Positions 23,463 to 36,791 of a stretch of DNA of 39,411 nucleotides are shown here, piece after piece; positions within the stretch are counted from its first letter, which is position 1, and every line of letters begins with the position of its first letter. Origin of the DNA: Leucoraja ocellata (lineage: Eukaryota); the NCBI GenBank assembly GCA_036785375.1, contig JAWMAR010004817.1, positions 1 through 39,411 on the forward strand, read 5' to 3'. Made by a program: the position numbers and the translations under genes. The notes under the pieces are model-generated. The model did not search any database. It saw nothing but the letters and a program-made list of their open reading frames with translations, and had not been told where the DNA came from.

Positions 23463-24247
23463 AGTATTTAGTATAGGACGTACATGATAAATGGTAGGGA
23501 ATTGAAGAATACAGTTGAACAGAGGGATCTGGGTATAACCGTGCATAGTTCCTTGAAGGTGGAATCTCATATAGATAGGGTGGTAAAGAAAGCTTTTGGT
23601 ATGCTAGCCTTTATAAATCAGAGCATTGAGTATAGAAGCTGGGATGTAATGTTAAAATTGTACAAGGCATTGGTGAGACCAAATCTGGAGTATGGTGTAC
23701 AATTTTGGTCGCCCAATTATAGGAAGGATGTCAACAAAATAGAGAGAGTACAGAGGAGATTTACTAGAATGATGCCTGGGTTTCAACAACTAAGTTACAG
23801 AGATAGGTTGAATAAGTTAGTTCTTTATTCTCTGGAGCGCAGAAGGTTAAGGGGGGACCTGATAGAGGTCTTTAAAATGATGAGAGGGATACACAGAGTT
23901 GATGTGGACAAGCTTTTTCCTTTGAGAATAGGGAAGATTCAAACAAGAGGACATGACTTCAGAATTAAGGGACAGAAGTTTAGGGGTAATATGAGGGGGA
24001 ACTTCTTTACGCAGAGAGTGGTAGCGGTGTGGAATGAGCTCCCAGTGGAAGTGGTGGAGGCAGGTTCATTGGTATCATTTAAAAATAAATTGGATAGGCA
24101 TATGGATGAGAAGGGAATGGAGGGTTATGGTATGAGTGTAGGCAGGTGGGACTAAGGGGAAAAAAATTTGTTCGGCACGGACTTGTAGGGCCGAGAAGGC
24201 CTGTTTCCGTGCTGTGATTGCTATATGTTATATGTTATATGTTATAT
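23463..24247 (+). mobile_element. Young 5'-truncated CR1 insertion nested in an older CR1, unit 2 only
   Basis: Uninterrupted 223-aa ORF2 C-terminus (23484-24155) and a (GTTATAT)n tail. The empty site GATTTAGTATATCTAGAC is present in unit 1 near 9099-9116. Confidence 0.92.
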
Positions 24248-27200
24248 CTAGACATTCAGAAAGCCTCTGATAATGAAACAAAGCTGGGTGGCAGTGTGAA
24301 CTGTGAAGAGGATGTTAGGTGGTTGCAGGGTGACCTGGACAGGTTGAGTGAGTGGGCAGATGCGTGGCAGATGCAGTATAATATGGATAAATGTGAGGTT
24401 ATCCACTTCGGTGGCAACAACAAGGGAGAAGATTATTATCTCAATGGGGTTAGGTTAGGTAAGGGGGAGGTGCAGCGAGACCTGGGCGTCTTTGTACAGC
24501 AGTCGCTGAAAGTTGGCGTGCAGGTACAGCAGGCAGTGAAGAAAGCTAATGTTGGCCTTCATAACAAGAGGCTTTCAGTATAGGAGTAAAGAGGTTCTTC
24601 TGCAGTTGTATAGGGCTCTGGAAAGACCACATCTGGAGTATTGCGTGCAGTTTAAGACTGAGGTGAGAAAAAACGTTTTCACCCAGAGAGTTGTGAATTT
24701 GTGGAATTCCCTGCCACAGAGGGCAGTGGAGGCCAAATCACTGGATGGATTTATGAGAGAGTTAGATAGAGCTCTAGAGGCTAGTGGAATCAAGGGATAT
24801 GGGGAGAAGGCAGGCACGTGTTATTGAATGGGGACGATCAGCTAAGATCGCAATGAATGGCGGTGCTGGCTCGAAGGGCCGAATGGCCTCCTTCTGCACC
24901 TATTATCTATGTTTCTATGTTTCTATGAAAAGATTCAGAACAAATGAGACCCAAAATCGACGATCGGGGAAAGGTGGAGCTCACAATGAACAACCAGGAC
25001 ACTAGGGAATCGGGAGAAAAAGGCAAAGCCGGGAAGACTCAAATGTCTGCTGTTGGCTCCGTCAGAAAAATTACAAGCCGCAGAAGAAATTGGGAAGAAA
25101 TTGGGCATGATCATGGCAGCTCAAGAGTAACGGAATTGGTTCCTTTGAACAGGGAAGGTATAATGGCGATCTGAATGAGGGACATAGTCCGCTCACCCAA
25201 CCTATATCCACCCTACAACCCCATACCACCTTCCTCACACCTCACACTGTCACCCAGCTTTGTGTCATCCGCAAACTTGGAAATGTTACTTTTAATTCCC
25301 TAATCTAGATCGTTAATATACATTGTAAATAACTGGAGATCCAGCACTGAGCCTTGCGACACCCCACTAGTCACTGCCTGCCATTCTGAAAAGGATCCAT
25401 TAATTCCTTCTCTTTGCTTCCTGCCTGCCAACCAGTTGCTTATCCATGTAAATACCCTACTGCCAATACCATGTGCTCTAATTTTGCACACTAATCTCTT
25501 GTGTGGGACCTTGTCAAATGATTTTTGAAAGTCCAGATACAACACATCAACTGGCTCTCCCTTTTCCATTCGACTTGTTACATCCTCAAATGTTTCCAGA
25601 AGATTAGTCAAGCATGATTTCCCCTTCATAAATCCACGCTGACGTTGTCCGATCCCTTCATTGCTTTCCAAATACGCTGCTATTACATCTTTAATAATTT
25701 AATAATTTTAAATTCGAGATTGACAGATTCTTTATTGGTTATGAGTGACAGGGGGTACGGAAATAAGACATGAGAATGGGGTAGAGTGGGATCAGCCATT
25801 ATTGAATGGTGGAGCAACCTTGATGGGCCGAATGGCCTAATTCTGCTCCTAGAACAATGAATTTATGAACATTAATTATGCGTCTGGTTCTTGAATGCCT
25901 TGGAGACAATTTTGTTGAGGTTATGCATAATTGGACATTATAATGCATTATGTTGACGGCACAGACTGTGGGCTTGTTGCACTTGTGGCAAAGAGAGACA
26001 AAGGATGGGATTATGTCATTAAAATAAAAACTTAATCCTGTAAAATGTCGGACTTCTTGAAGGTTGTCGGAGCTGAGGTCATCACGACGTGTGGGGAGGA
26101 TGTGATCACAGTCATATTGCTATTTTTGATGCATTATCAGAGTCTTGGGAATTTGGCATTGAGTGGGGAACTGGAATGAGATGGAATGGAGATAGATTAT
26201 TGTGGTTCCAACACGATCTTTATCATAGAAAATACGAGAAAATATTCATAAAGCAGGAAATCTCACTCCCTTCTGCCCATTAAGCCTGAACTGATAGAGA
26301 CGGCGGTTAATAATAAGAAGTCACATGAATTTCTCCTCTTCCAGATTCCTGTTTGCTATAGCTGGTCTGGAGAACTCGAAAGTCCTTGCACATTTCTGGG
26401 TCATGATCTAATGTGCAGTCTTTCTCTGTGTCTCATGAAGATGAGTTCCGTGAGGTGGATCGAAACATTCATTTATACAATGAATAAATCTGATCTCGAA
26501 ACAAAAGTAAACTCAGTTTTAAAACTAGTTGTTCTTCTTTGTACTCAATTAACAGTAAGCCAGTTATTAAAGCAAGGGCCGAGATAGTCTCGGATGTCTC
26601 TCAGAATGAAATTAAGATATCCCAATAGACATCTGGAAGTGCAGCGGGGTCAACGCTGTTTTGTTCGTACACCTTGACCACTTTCTTGACCAACTTTAAA
26701 CAATCCTTCGTCAATGCACTCTGCTCAATCTTTGACATGGCATTGACATGGATAGATGATTGGTTTGGAAACAGGAAACAAAGAGTAGGAATAAACGGGT
26801 CCCTGCCAGAATGGCCGGCAGAGGCGAGTGGAGTGCCGCAAGGCTCAGTGTTGGGGCCGCAACTATTTACAATATATATATATTAATGATTTAGATGATG
26901 AGATTAAAAGTAACACTAGCAAATTTGCAGATGACACAAAGTTGGGTGGCATTGTGAACGGCGAAGAGGATGCTAGGAGGTTGCAGGGTGATTTGGGCAG
27001 GTTGAGTGAGTGGGCAGATGCATGGCAGATGCAGTATAATGTAGACAATTGTGAGTTTATCCATTTTGGTGGCAAGAACAAGGAGGCAAATTTCAATCGA
27101 ATCTCAATGGTGTCAGATTAGGAAAAATGGAAGTGCAGCGAGACCTGAGTGTCCATGTACACCAGTCAATTAAATAAAACATGCAGATACAGCAGGCAGT

Positions 27201-29331
27201 GAAGAAAGCTAATGAGGCGTTGGCCTTCATAACGAGAGGTTTTGAGTAGAGGAGTAAAGAGATCCTTCTGCAGTTGTACAAGGCCCTGGTGAGACCACAT
27301 CTCGAGTATTGTGTGCAGTTTCGGTCTCCTAATTTGAGGAAGGACATCCTTGCTATTGAGGCAGGGCAGCGTAGGTTTAAGAGGTTAATCCCTGGGATGG
27401 CAGGAATCTCATATGAGGAAAGATTGGAAAAATTGGGCTTCTATTCACTGGTATTTAGAAGGATGAGGGGGATTCTTATAGAAACGTATACAATTATAAC
27501 AGAACTGACAAGCTAGTCGCAGGAAAAATGTTCCTAATGATGGGGGAGCCCAGAACCAGAGGCCACAATCCAAGAATAAAGTGGAGGCCATTTAAAATTG
27601 AGAGGAGAAAACATTTTCACCCAGACAGTTGTGTATTTGTGGAATACTCTGCCACAGAAGGCCGTAAAGGCCAATTCACTGGACGAATTTAAAAGTTAGA
27701 TAGAGCTCTCGGGGCTAGCGGAATCAATGGTTATGGGGAAAACGCAGGCACGGGTTACCGATTGTGGATGATCAGCCATGATCACAATGAATAGGGCTTA
27801 AAGGGCCAAATGGCCTCCTCCTGCACCTATTTTCTATGTTTCTATCTAACTTGGACACATCTAATTCATCAACGTTATTCATTTGTATGATGATTGAGTC
27901 TTTGGAAACGCAGTATTTATTGCCCATCCAAAAGTGGGAACACAGAGACACAAGGAACTGCGGATGCTGGAATCATGATAAAACACGAAGTGCTGGAGTA
28001 ACACGGGGTGTGCCTCAGGGTTCGGTGCTGGGCCCGTTAATGATTGTCATCTATATCAATGATTTGAATGGGATCATACTTGGTAAGATTAGCAAGTTTG
28101 CAGATGATACACACGTGGGAGGTTTTGCAGATAGTAGAGATGGTTGTGAAAAAAGGGCAGCAGGAACTGGATCAATTGGCCAGGTAGGCTGAGGAATGGT
28201 TGATGGAATTTAATGCAGAGAAATGTGAAGTATTGCATTTTGGGAATTCTAACATAGGCAGGACCCACGCAGTCGACGGTAGATCGGGTGGTTAAGAAGG
28301 CTTTTGGCACATTTGCCTTCATCAGCCAGAGTAATGAGTATAGAGGTTGGGAGGTCTTGTTGCAGATGTATAAGACGTTGGTGACGCCGCATTTAGAGTA
28401 TTGAATTCAATCTGGGCACCCGTATAGGAAAGATTTCAACAAGCTGGAAATGGTACAGAGAAGATTTACGAGGATGTTGCCATGACTAGATGGTGTGAGG
28501 TATAGGGAGGGGTTGAGTAGGCCTGGACTCTATTCTTTGGAGCGCAGAAGTTGAAGGGAAACCTCATAGAGGTGTATAGGGTAGTGAGAGGAATAGATCG
28601 GGTGGATGTATAGTCCCTTGCCCAGAGGAGGACCGGGTTCATGGTGACGGGCAAAGATTTAATAGGAATCTGAGGGGTTCCTATTCAATGTGTGCAAGAC
28701 ACGCTTTGATACAATTCAAGGTGGTTCACAGAGCTCATATGTCAAAAGATAAGTTAACTCGTTTTTATGGTCATATGAATCCTACCTGTGACAGACGTAA
28801 ATCTGAAGTGGCCTCACTGACCCATATGTTTTGGTCTTGCCCTTCTTTGGAAAAATATTGGAAATAATTTTTTGTTACTATTTCTGTAGTCTTAGGCATA
28901 GGTTTACAAACTGGAATTACTGCAATTTTGGGGCTGCCAATGTTAGATTCTAATCATATGTCCCGCTCCGCCCATCGGTTGATTGCTTTTACCACATTAA
29001 TCGCCAGAAGATCTATTTTATTCAAATGGAAAGACTCCTAACCCTCCGACCACACTCCAGTGGTATTCGGAAACGATATCATGTTTACATTTTGAAAAAA
29101 TCAGCAGTGACACTGTTGAACCCTTGGTTAAATTTGATAAGACTTGGGTAAAATGTATTGAACATTTTCATACAACATACATTGCTCCCTCTTTAACCGT
29201 TATACAAAATATTTTATCTCTATTGGGTGGAACAGACATGACGACAAACAGACTTACATTGTTGAAATTCTCAGTTCAGATTCGGGTTTGCTTTGCTTTG
29301 TTTTTTTTAAACTATTTTATTTTTATGCGTA

Positions 29332-29367
<36 letters not shown>

Positions 29368-30853
29368 CAATTTTTCTCTTTTTTTTCTTTCTTTAGTTTA
29401 GTCTTTTTTTTGTCTATTTCTTTTTGTGCTTTTTTTTACATTTATAAGTTTCCTTTTAAAGATTTAACTATATTAACATAGAGACCTGGAGGTCTAGATT
29501 CATTGTGTATTTTGACATTGGTCTCATATCAGGTTATATCTGTTATTAATGTAATCCTGATCCCTATGTATCAATACCATTGTTATATTTATCATTATTC
29601 TTTTTGTTCCGTTTTTTATGTTTTATTTTTGCTTTTTTTGGAAAAAAAAACAATAAAAAGATTTGTTTTTAAATAGAAAGGAATATGAGGGGTATCTTTT
29701 TCCCACAGAGGGTGGTGGGAGTATGGCACAAGCAGCCAGAGGAGATAGTTGTGCCAGGGACTATCCCAACGTTTAAAAACCAGTTAGACAGGTAAATGGA
29801 TGTGACAGATTTAGAGGGATATGGACCCAATACGGGCAGGTGGGACGAGTGTAGATGGGTCGGTGGTCGATGTGTGAAAGTTGGGCCGAAGGGCCTGTTT
29901 CCACACTCTATGACTGACTCTCTTTGACTCTATGGGGCATCATGTAGCATCTGCGGATCGGCATTTGCGGTGGTAATAATGAACAGCCACGAGCCAATGC
30001 AATCTTTCGCGTGTTCACGTTGCAAAGTTTCTCCCTTGTCAGCTTTGCCCGTGCCCGTGCTGGAGTGCCCGTGTTCCATTCAACTTTAATTGAATATGGA
30101 TGTGCTGTATATAGAATTCCTGTCTTCCTTCAAAGCCGAAAGAACTCTGGAAGTAGGCGGTGAGAGCCAATATGACCCCTTTTACTTCACTCATATGTGC
30201 ATTGATTTGGTACAGGCAACCTTTACACGTTGAGTCGTGAATTACTGCGCATTACAACAGGATAGAATCACAGACCACTTTTACAAGCACGACACACGTC
30301 GGGTAGTCAAAATAGCCCCCCAAAACGGCAACTTTACTGACATTTGTAATGATGTTCTGTCCCCTCAGGTCTTTTCTAAATGATCTGATACACAAGTAGA
30401 AGGGCAGCCTGTGGGTTTTATCATTTCTAAAATGACAAAGATATCTAAATATACATTTAATGTGCTTTTTAATAAAACAATGCTGATGCTGTGACTGTGA
30501 TCATGTTATGTTCATCGATACGGAGGTAGACAAAAATGCTGGAGAAACTCAGCGGGTGAGGGCGCGAAGGAAATCAGCGATACGGATTCAGTTGGTCCGT
30601 TTAGATAGCATATTTCTATTCCGTTTTCATTGTTGATTAAACAGTTACCCAATATAATATTACAACTCGCAATCTGTTTAGTGTATATCTGCGGGGGGGT
30701 TCATACAGAACATTATAGATTGTTTGTTTATAAAGAAGGGACAACTGTGACAATCCTTTACATTCTGCTGGATGTATGAAGCTTTTTAGAAATACAAGTC
30801 TCTAAAATAAGACCTGCGTGTAAGGGCGAATATTTTGAGGAAGAATCTGGCAA

Positions 30854-30939
30854 TTTCTGATTGGCTTCGACGAGCATACCGGTTTGATTGGTTTGGATAA
30901 TTAAACACACGGTGACATATCGTCATTCCATTTATAAAG
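30854..30939 (+). promoter_or_regulatory. IgL copy 3 promoter (CCAAT x2, CRE-like, TATA)
   Basis: Identical to the copy 1 promoter. Confidence 0.7.
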
Positions 30940-31008
30940 AGAGCCAGAGAGCAAGATTACACGCCACTTGTCCTGGAAACTGCCGCCCCATCGGAGCTCA
31001 GTCGGTTA

Positions 31009-31063
31009 ATGAACATGTCTTATTGGATCCGTGTGGTCGGTGCGTTGGTGTTTTGCGCAGTTT
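31009..31063 (+). CDS. IgL: IgL copy 3 leader exon
   Basis: ATG at 31009, donor GTGAGT at 31064. Confidence 0.9.
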
Positions 31064-31184
31064 GTGAGTATTTTACTTTCCTGGACATTATACTTATTTC
31101 TGTTCACCATTAATTTGGGGTTACCTCCCACACTTCAACAAACCTAATATTTTCTCTTTTGTTCTGATATTTCTCCTTTCTCAG

Positions 31185-31529
31185 ACATAAGCGCGGCTGT
31201 TACAGTAACTCAGCCGCCTTCGATGTCCACCTCTACGGGACAGAAAATACAAATACCCTGCACCATATCGGGTTCCAGTTCAGGCGCTTACTCTGTCTCG
31301 TGGTACCAACAGATTCCTGGCAAAACTCCCAAGTATCTATTCTACTATTCTAGCAGCGGCAGCATTTCTAAAGGCACGGACATTCCAGACCGTTTTTCCA
31401 TCTCGGGGTCAGGCAACTCTGTAACATTCGCAATATCTAGCGTTCAATCGGTGGATGCTGCTGACTATTACTGTGCCAAATGGGATAGTGGTTTATATTT
31501 CGGTAAAGGAACGAGGCTGGGTATTGGCG
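31185..31529 (+). CDS. IgL: IgL copy 3 germline-joined VJ exon
   Basis: AG at 31183-31184, intact V plus J (CDR3 AKWDSGLY), donor GTAAGT at 31530. Confidence 0.96.
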
Positions 31530-32132
31530 GTAAGTAAAATATATTCTTCGAACAGCGCGCTGTTTTCTTTTTATTTTAATGCAGATATTGCTTGATTTAA
31601 TGTCCTGAGTTCACATGATACGTGATTGGGCCAGTTGTATTTCAGTGTAGATGGTGCGATCTTGCTGTACAGATGTTCCTAGTTCACTTGGCCATAACTC
31701 AGTGAAATGACTGGGAAAGCGAGCTAATGCTTTGATTGAGCTTCGTTCAATAAATTGCGGAAATATTTGCAGTGATTGTCCAGATATGAAAGGAAATTGC
31801 TTGGGTAACGGGGTTCACCAACGTTAAAATTCAACACTGCCAAAAATCCGGTTGACGGGTTGAACAAGGATATCAAAATGCCAAATGCGAAAGGAGAAAG
31901 TTTCGCACATTTCCTTCAGAAATTGTGTTTAATAAGCTTTTCGTGGACGCAGCCGTGTATTTCAAATTTAAATGAACATTCGAACCACAATGTAATTCTT
32001 GCTTGTGAACTATATCTGCGAATAGGTGACCGTGGCTTGCGAAGGCTAGTTTCCATATATTTTTGCCGAACATAAATAGCGTCACCCTCCATCTCAATGG
32101 TGCCGACAATTAATTAAGTTTAAATCTGTTAT

Positions 32133-32478
32133 AATAATAATAATAATAATAACTTTATTTGTTAAGCATCTTAAAAACAACCAAAGCTGACCAAAGTGCT
32201 GTACAGAAAAAAGAAAACAATCAAGACATCATAAAACAGGCAGAACAACAGAACATACAACTAACACGAGGCGCATAAATTACATACAAAAATCCAAACA
32301 ATAAATTAAAAAACATAAAACACGAGTACGAACAACGCAGCAAAACCAAGCAAATAAAGTTAATAAACAATTCAACACCTCACTGGTCTACAAAGGCCAT
32401 GGAGAATAGATATGTCTTCAGGAGTGACTTAAACACAGCTAGAGAAGGGGCCTGTTTAATATAAATTATAAATGTTAT
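32133..32478 (-). mobile_element. L2-clade LINE 3' end inserted in the J-C intron of copy 3 only
   Basis: Minus strand QAPSLAVFKSLLKTYLFSMAF*, GTACAGCACTTTGGTCA 3' motif, (TTA)n tail, and TGTTAT at both ends. Empty site in copies 1 and 2. Confidence 0.85.
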
Positions 32479-32860
32479 TATAAATGTCGCGACCGCGAAT
32501 CGTTTATATCTGCTGATATATTTAAATAAATGTAAATCCGGAAATGTGTAGTAAAATGAACATTATAAATGTTATAATAATGTATTCAGTTTTATAAAAT
32601 ACTGCAGCCATGATCTATCACAGATGGTTTCCCGGTGTTTATACAGAGGGTAGACAGGATCTATTTTAGTTGCTTTCACGCACTTTATTTATTGTTCAAC
32701 CAATTAAAATAAACACATTATAATGGTTTGAAATAGGTCGAGAATAAAACGACATTTCTATAAATGAATAAATGAGTGCTTTAATGAGATGTATTTTCGG
32801 TAAATAATGATATCTCAACGACAGCATTTCTCCAATTAAATGTGACTTCTTATTAAACAG

Positions 32861-33183
32861 ATCCTCGGGCACCGATCGTGACGGTCCTGCCGCCTTCAGC
32901 CGATGAAGTTACCTCAAAGGGCACAGCCACCCTGGTGTGTTTGGTGAACGGCTTTAATCCGGGCTCGGTCGCCGTTGAGTGGACAGTCGACGGCAGTGCA
33001 AGAAATAGCGACGTTGAGACCAGCCCGATCCAGCAGGATAAGGACAACACGTTCAGTCTCAGCAGTTACCTGACTCTGACAGCCTCAGACTGGAACTTAC
33101 ACAACCTTTACTCCTGTGTGGTTACACACCAGGCTCAGGCAAACCCACTTAAGACAAATATCATGAGATCCAGCTGTATCTGA
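32861..33183 (+). CDS. IgL: IgL copy 3 constant exon (type II/lambda-like), intact
   Basis: AG at 32859-32860, open C1-set domain ending SSCI*. Confidence 0.96.
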
Positions 33184-33448
33184 TGTTGGAAACGTGAGGC
33201 TGACCTGACTAAGTTAGTTTATCATCATTGGGTTCGTCCATGTGACAAAGTTAGTCATGTATTGGACTTCAGTGTTTTCGTTCAGAAATGCCATTTGTAG
33301 TTGAAACTTCGATTTTAATGACTTGTTCACTTTAAATGTAGTTGTTTCGAAAAAATGTCGTTCTTGAATGAAGCATCAAATAGATTCAATTGCGTTATCC
33401 AACAGCATGGATGTTGTTATTGCACCCATGGTATCTTTGTAGTCGTTG

Positions 33449-33454
33449 AATAAA
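33449..33454 (+). terminator. Polyadenylation signal, IgL copy 3
   Basis: AATAAA at the homologous position. Confidence 0.7.
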
Positions 33455-36400
33455 GTTTAAAAAACGCATTTCAAATGCATTGTTGATTCCCTCAGTTTTA
33501 TTTATGACCCGAACCATGATGGCTTAACACGGGTTGCGTTGTCTCGTAGATTTGAGCTAGCAACACTGATTTTGTTTCTCTATTTCGATCACTAATTACA
33601 ATCGTACAACAGTAGTGGGCCACTCGTCCATTTATACCACGCGTTCTACAGCGCTTTATCTATTCTTGTGCAACATGATTCAGCCAAAGAACCGTATAAA
33701 CCAAGCTGGGCAAACGTGGTCTTAAACCGCAAATTATCACATAAGTAAACAGAAAATACTGTTCATACTGATATTAGTCGGGCGGTATGTGAGAAATGAG
33801 AAATAGATTAGACGTTTCAGGCTGTTAAAAAAAAAAATCATAAACGTCCCTACCAGCCTCGTGCGTTCAGGGTTTGTTAAATGTGTCTTCGTTCACAAGG
33901 TGCACCGCTACATAATTAAATAAAATACGTGTGCATATCAGTTCCATTAATTCCCAACACATCAGCAGGTTTCTGTAAACTGATGGGTTGTTCGCACCTG
34001 CACTTTACACCCCTCGCACTAAGCATGGCACCTCCATCCTTCATCACAGAAGGTCGTGACTTTCACACTAATCGGTGACGGGGTTTGTATTTAAATATTT
34101 ACAAACATTACACCTTATTTCTTCTTTATTTCTTCTGATTGTCAGCTTTAAAGAAACGGGGTGATTATTGGCGTTAGCAGAACTGCCACTGAGTTTGTAT
34201 GTGGCGTGTACGTGTCTCACGGTGTTATTACACTGGAACTGGGTAACAACACTCTCAATAAAGCAAGATAATATCTACAGAAAGATGCGATGAATGCACG
34301 GCAGCTTCATATAGACACGTGCAGAAAGAGAGCGAGGGGTGGGAGAGAGAGAGAGAGAGGGGGGGGGGGGAGGGGAGAGAGAGAGGGGGTGAGAATAGGA
34401 CGGGGCGGGGTTAATAGCGAACAATGAGGGAACTATATGCTATAGTTAGAGGACAATCAGTCCCGGACAAACCCCTGACCTCTGTCACAAATCGCTTTTC
34501 ACTTATTCCAAGCTTTATTCCCAATTATTTCCACATTACATGAGCAACCTGGGCTTAAGTCTTAATGAATGGGAAGGAGTTGCAGATGCTGGTTTAAAGC
34601 AAAGATAGACACAAAAATCTGGAGTAAATCAGCGGGTCAGAAAACATCTCTGGAGAAAAGGAATCGGTGACATTTTGGGGCGAGACCCTTCTTCAGACTG
34701 TTTGAAGAAAGGTCTCGATCCGAAATGTCACCTATTCATTTTCTCCAGAGATGCTGTCTGACCCGCTAATTTACTCCAGCTTTATAGAAACATAGAAACG
34801 TAGAAAATAGGTGCAGGAGTAGGCCATTCGGCCCTTCGAGACTGCACCGCTATTCAATATGATCATGGCTGATCATCCAACTCAGTATCCTGCAGCAGCC
34901 TTCTCTCCATACCCCCTGATCCCTTTAGCCACATGGGCCACATCTAACTCCCTCTTACATATAGCCAATGAACTGGCCTCAACTACCTTCAGTGGCAGAG
35001 AATTTCAGAGATTCCAGAGATGTGTGAAAACATGTTTTCCTCATCTCGGTCCCAAAAGATTCCCCCCCTTTCCTTAAACTGTGACCCCCTGTCCTGGACC
35101 TTCCCAACGTCGGGAACAATCTTCCTGCATCTAGCCTGTCCAACCCCCTAAGAACTTTGTAAGTTTCAGCCATGATCTCATTATGTGTCTTATCTTTTCT
35201 AAATGATCCGGATTGTATTCATTTTGGCTGATTCGAATAAATGGTCACATATCTGCAATTGCTCACCTGATGGTTAGTTATTTTGGAAATTCCTCTAAAT
35301 CTGTAAATACTGAGCCTACTTTCACTCAGAAAAATGGTCAATTAAAACGTCTTGACTATGCCCCTCATTCAAATCACCATTATACCTTCCCTGTTCAAAG
35401 GGACCAATTCCGGTTATTCTCAGGCTGCCATTATCATGCCCATTTTCTTCCCAATTTCTTCTGCGGCTTGTAACGAAGGAGCCAAAAACAAAGATTTGAG
35501 TCTTCCCGTCCTTGCCTTTTCCTTCCGTTCCCGTATGTCCTGGTTATCCATTGTGAGCTCCACCTTTCCCTGGTCATCGATACCGGTTCTCATTTGTTCT
35601 GAATCTTTTCATAGAGACATAGAAACATAGAAACATAGCCCTTCGAGCTAGCACCGCCATTCAATGAGATCATGGCTGATCGTCCCCACTCAATAACCCG
35701 TGCCTGCCTTCTGCCCATATCCCTTGATTCCACTAGCCTCTAGAGCTCTAACTCTCCCTTAAATCCATCCAGTGATTTGGCCTCCACTGGGAACATGTTT
35801 CCTGCGGGGGGGGGGGGGGGGGGGGGGGGGGTGGAGCTAATCTGACAGAAGCTGATACTGACCCAAAAGGCCGCGTTTTCTCCTGTGTCGTAATGTCATT
35901 ACAATATTTTACCGTTGCCTTTCGAAGATGTCTATGTGTGAGCGCCAGGACCGGCGAGAAAATCATGCACTTACACTCATGGCATGTATAAATGCTGTCG
36001 GCCTCTCTCGCTCATCTTCCGCGTGAATGCTGTTAAACACGATGTCAGTGTCATAACTTCAGATATATCCATGATGCCCCACAATGTCTGTGCGAACCTA
36101 ATGCCAATGTCATCTGCCTGCCATATATAATGTCTATATCCCTCCATTCACTATCTGTTCACGTGTTTGCCTAAATGCCTCTTGAACCTTGCTGGGTATC
36201 TGCTTACACCCCTTCTTCTAGCAAAGCGTTGCACACTTGCTGTTTAAAAAAGTAATGCAAAGTGTGCCCCCTTCAAACGTCCCCTCGCCTACTTTAATCA
36301 ACTATATTATATAATACTTCGGCCTGGACAGAAAACTTTACTCCTAAGTAAAGCGACTTATCTTCACTAAGGGTATTAGAGCAATAGATAGGGATGGGAA

Positions 36401-36791
36401 ATCGATGCAGTGTCTGGCCAACAACACATTAATCCCCAAAATAAATCAATGGACCCCCACGGGAGACGCGGTCCTCCAACTCAAGCCGTTCAGGACTCAG
36501 CAGTGCGGATGTTTTTAAATGGCGTCTTTGAGGCGAGATGCGGGCGCCAGCAGCCGTTATGTTTGCTGTTAGTGGAGGATAGAAGGGTTTTATTAAAACT
36601 ATGTACATAAACACGACGAAATATAATCAGGAGTGGATACTTGGAATGAAAAGTGAAAACTGTACCGAAATTGAAACATTCTGGGCGTTTGTGGGTCTGG
36701 TGTTGGCGTTGCAACGAATCAAAGGCTGGCAACCACAAGTCAGGCAGAAATACAGCCAGCCAGCAGCCAGCCACACAGTTTTAATATTATA

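Larger units (their letters stand above)
14587..29713 (+). repeat. Tandem segmental duplication unit 2
   Basis: Colinear with unit 1 throughout, differing by point changes, a ~230-bp deletion near 19158 and a ~785-bp insertion at 23463. Confidence 0.95.
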
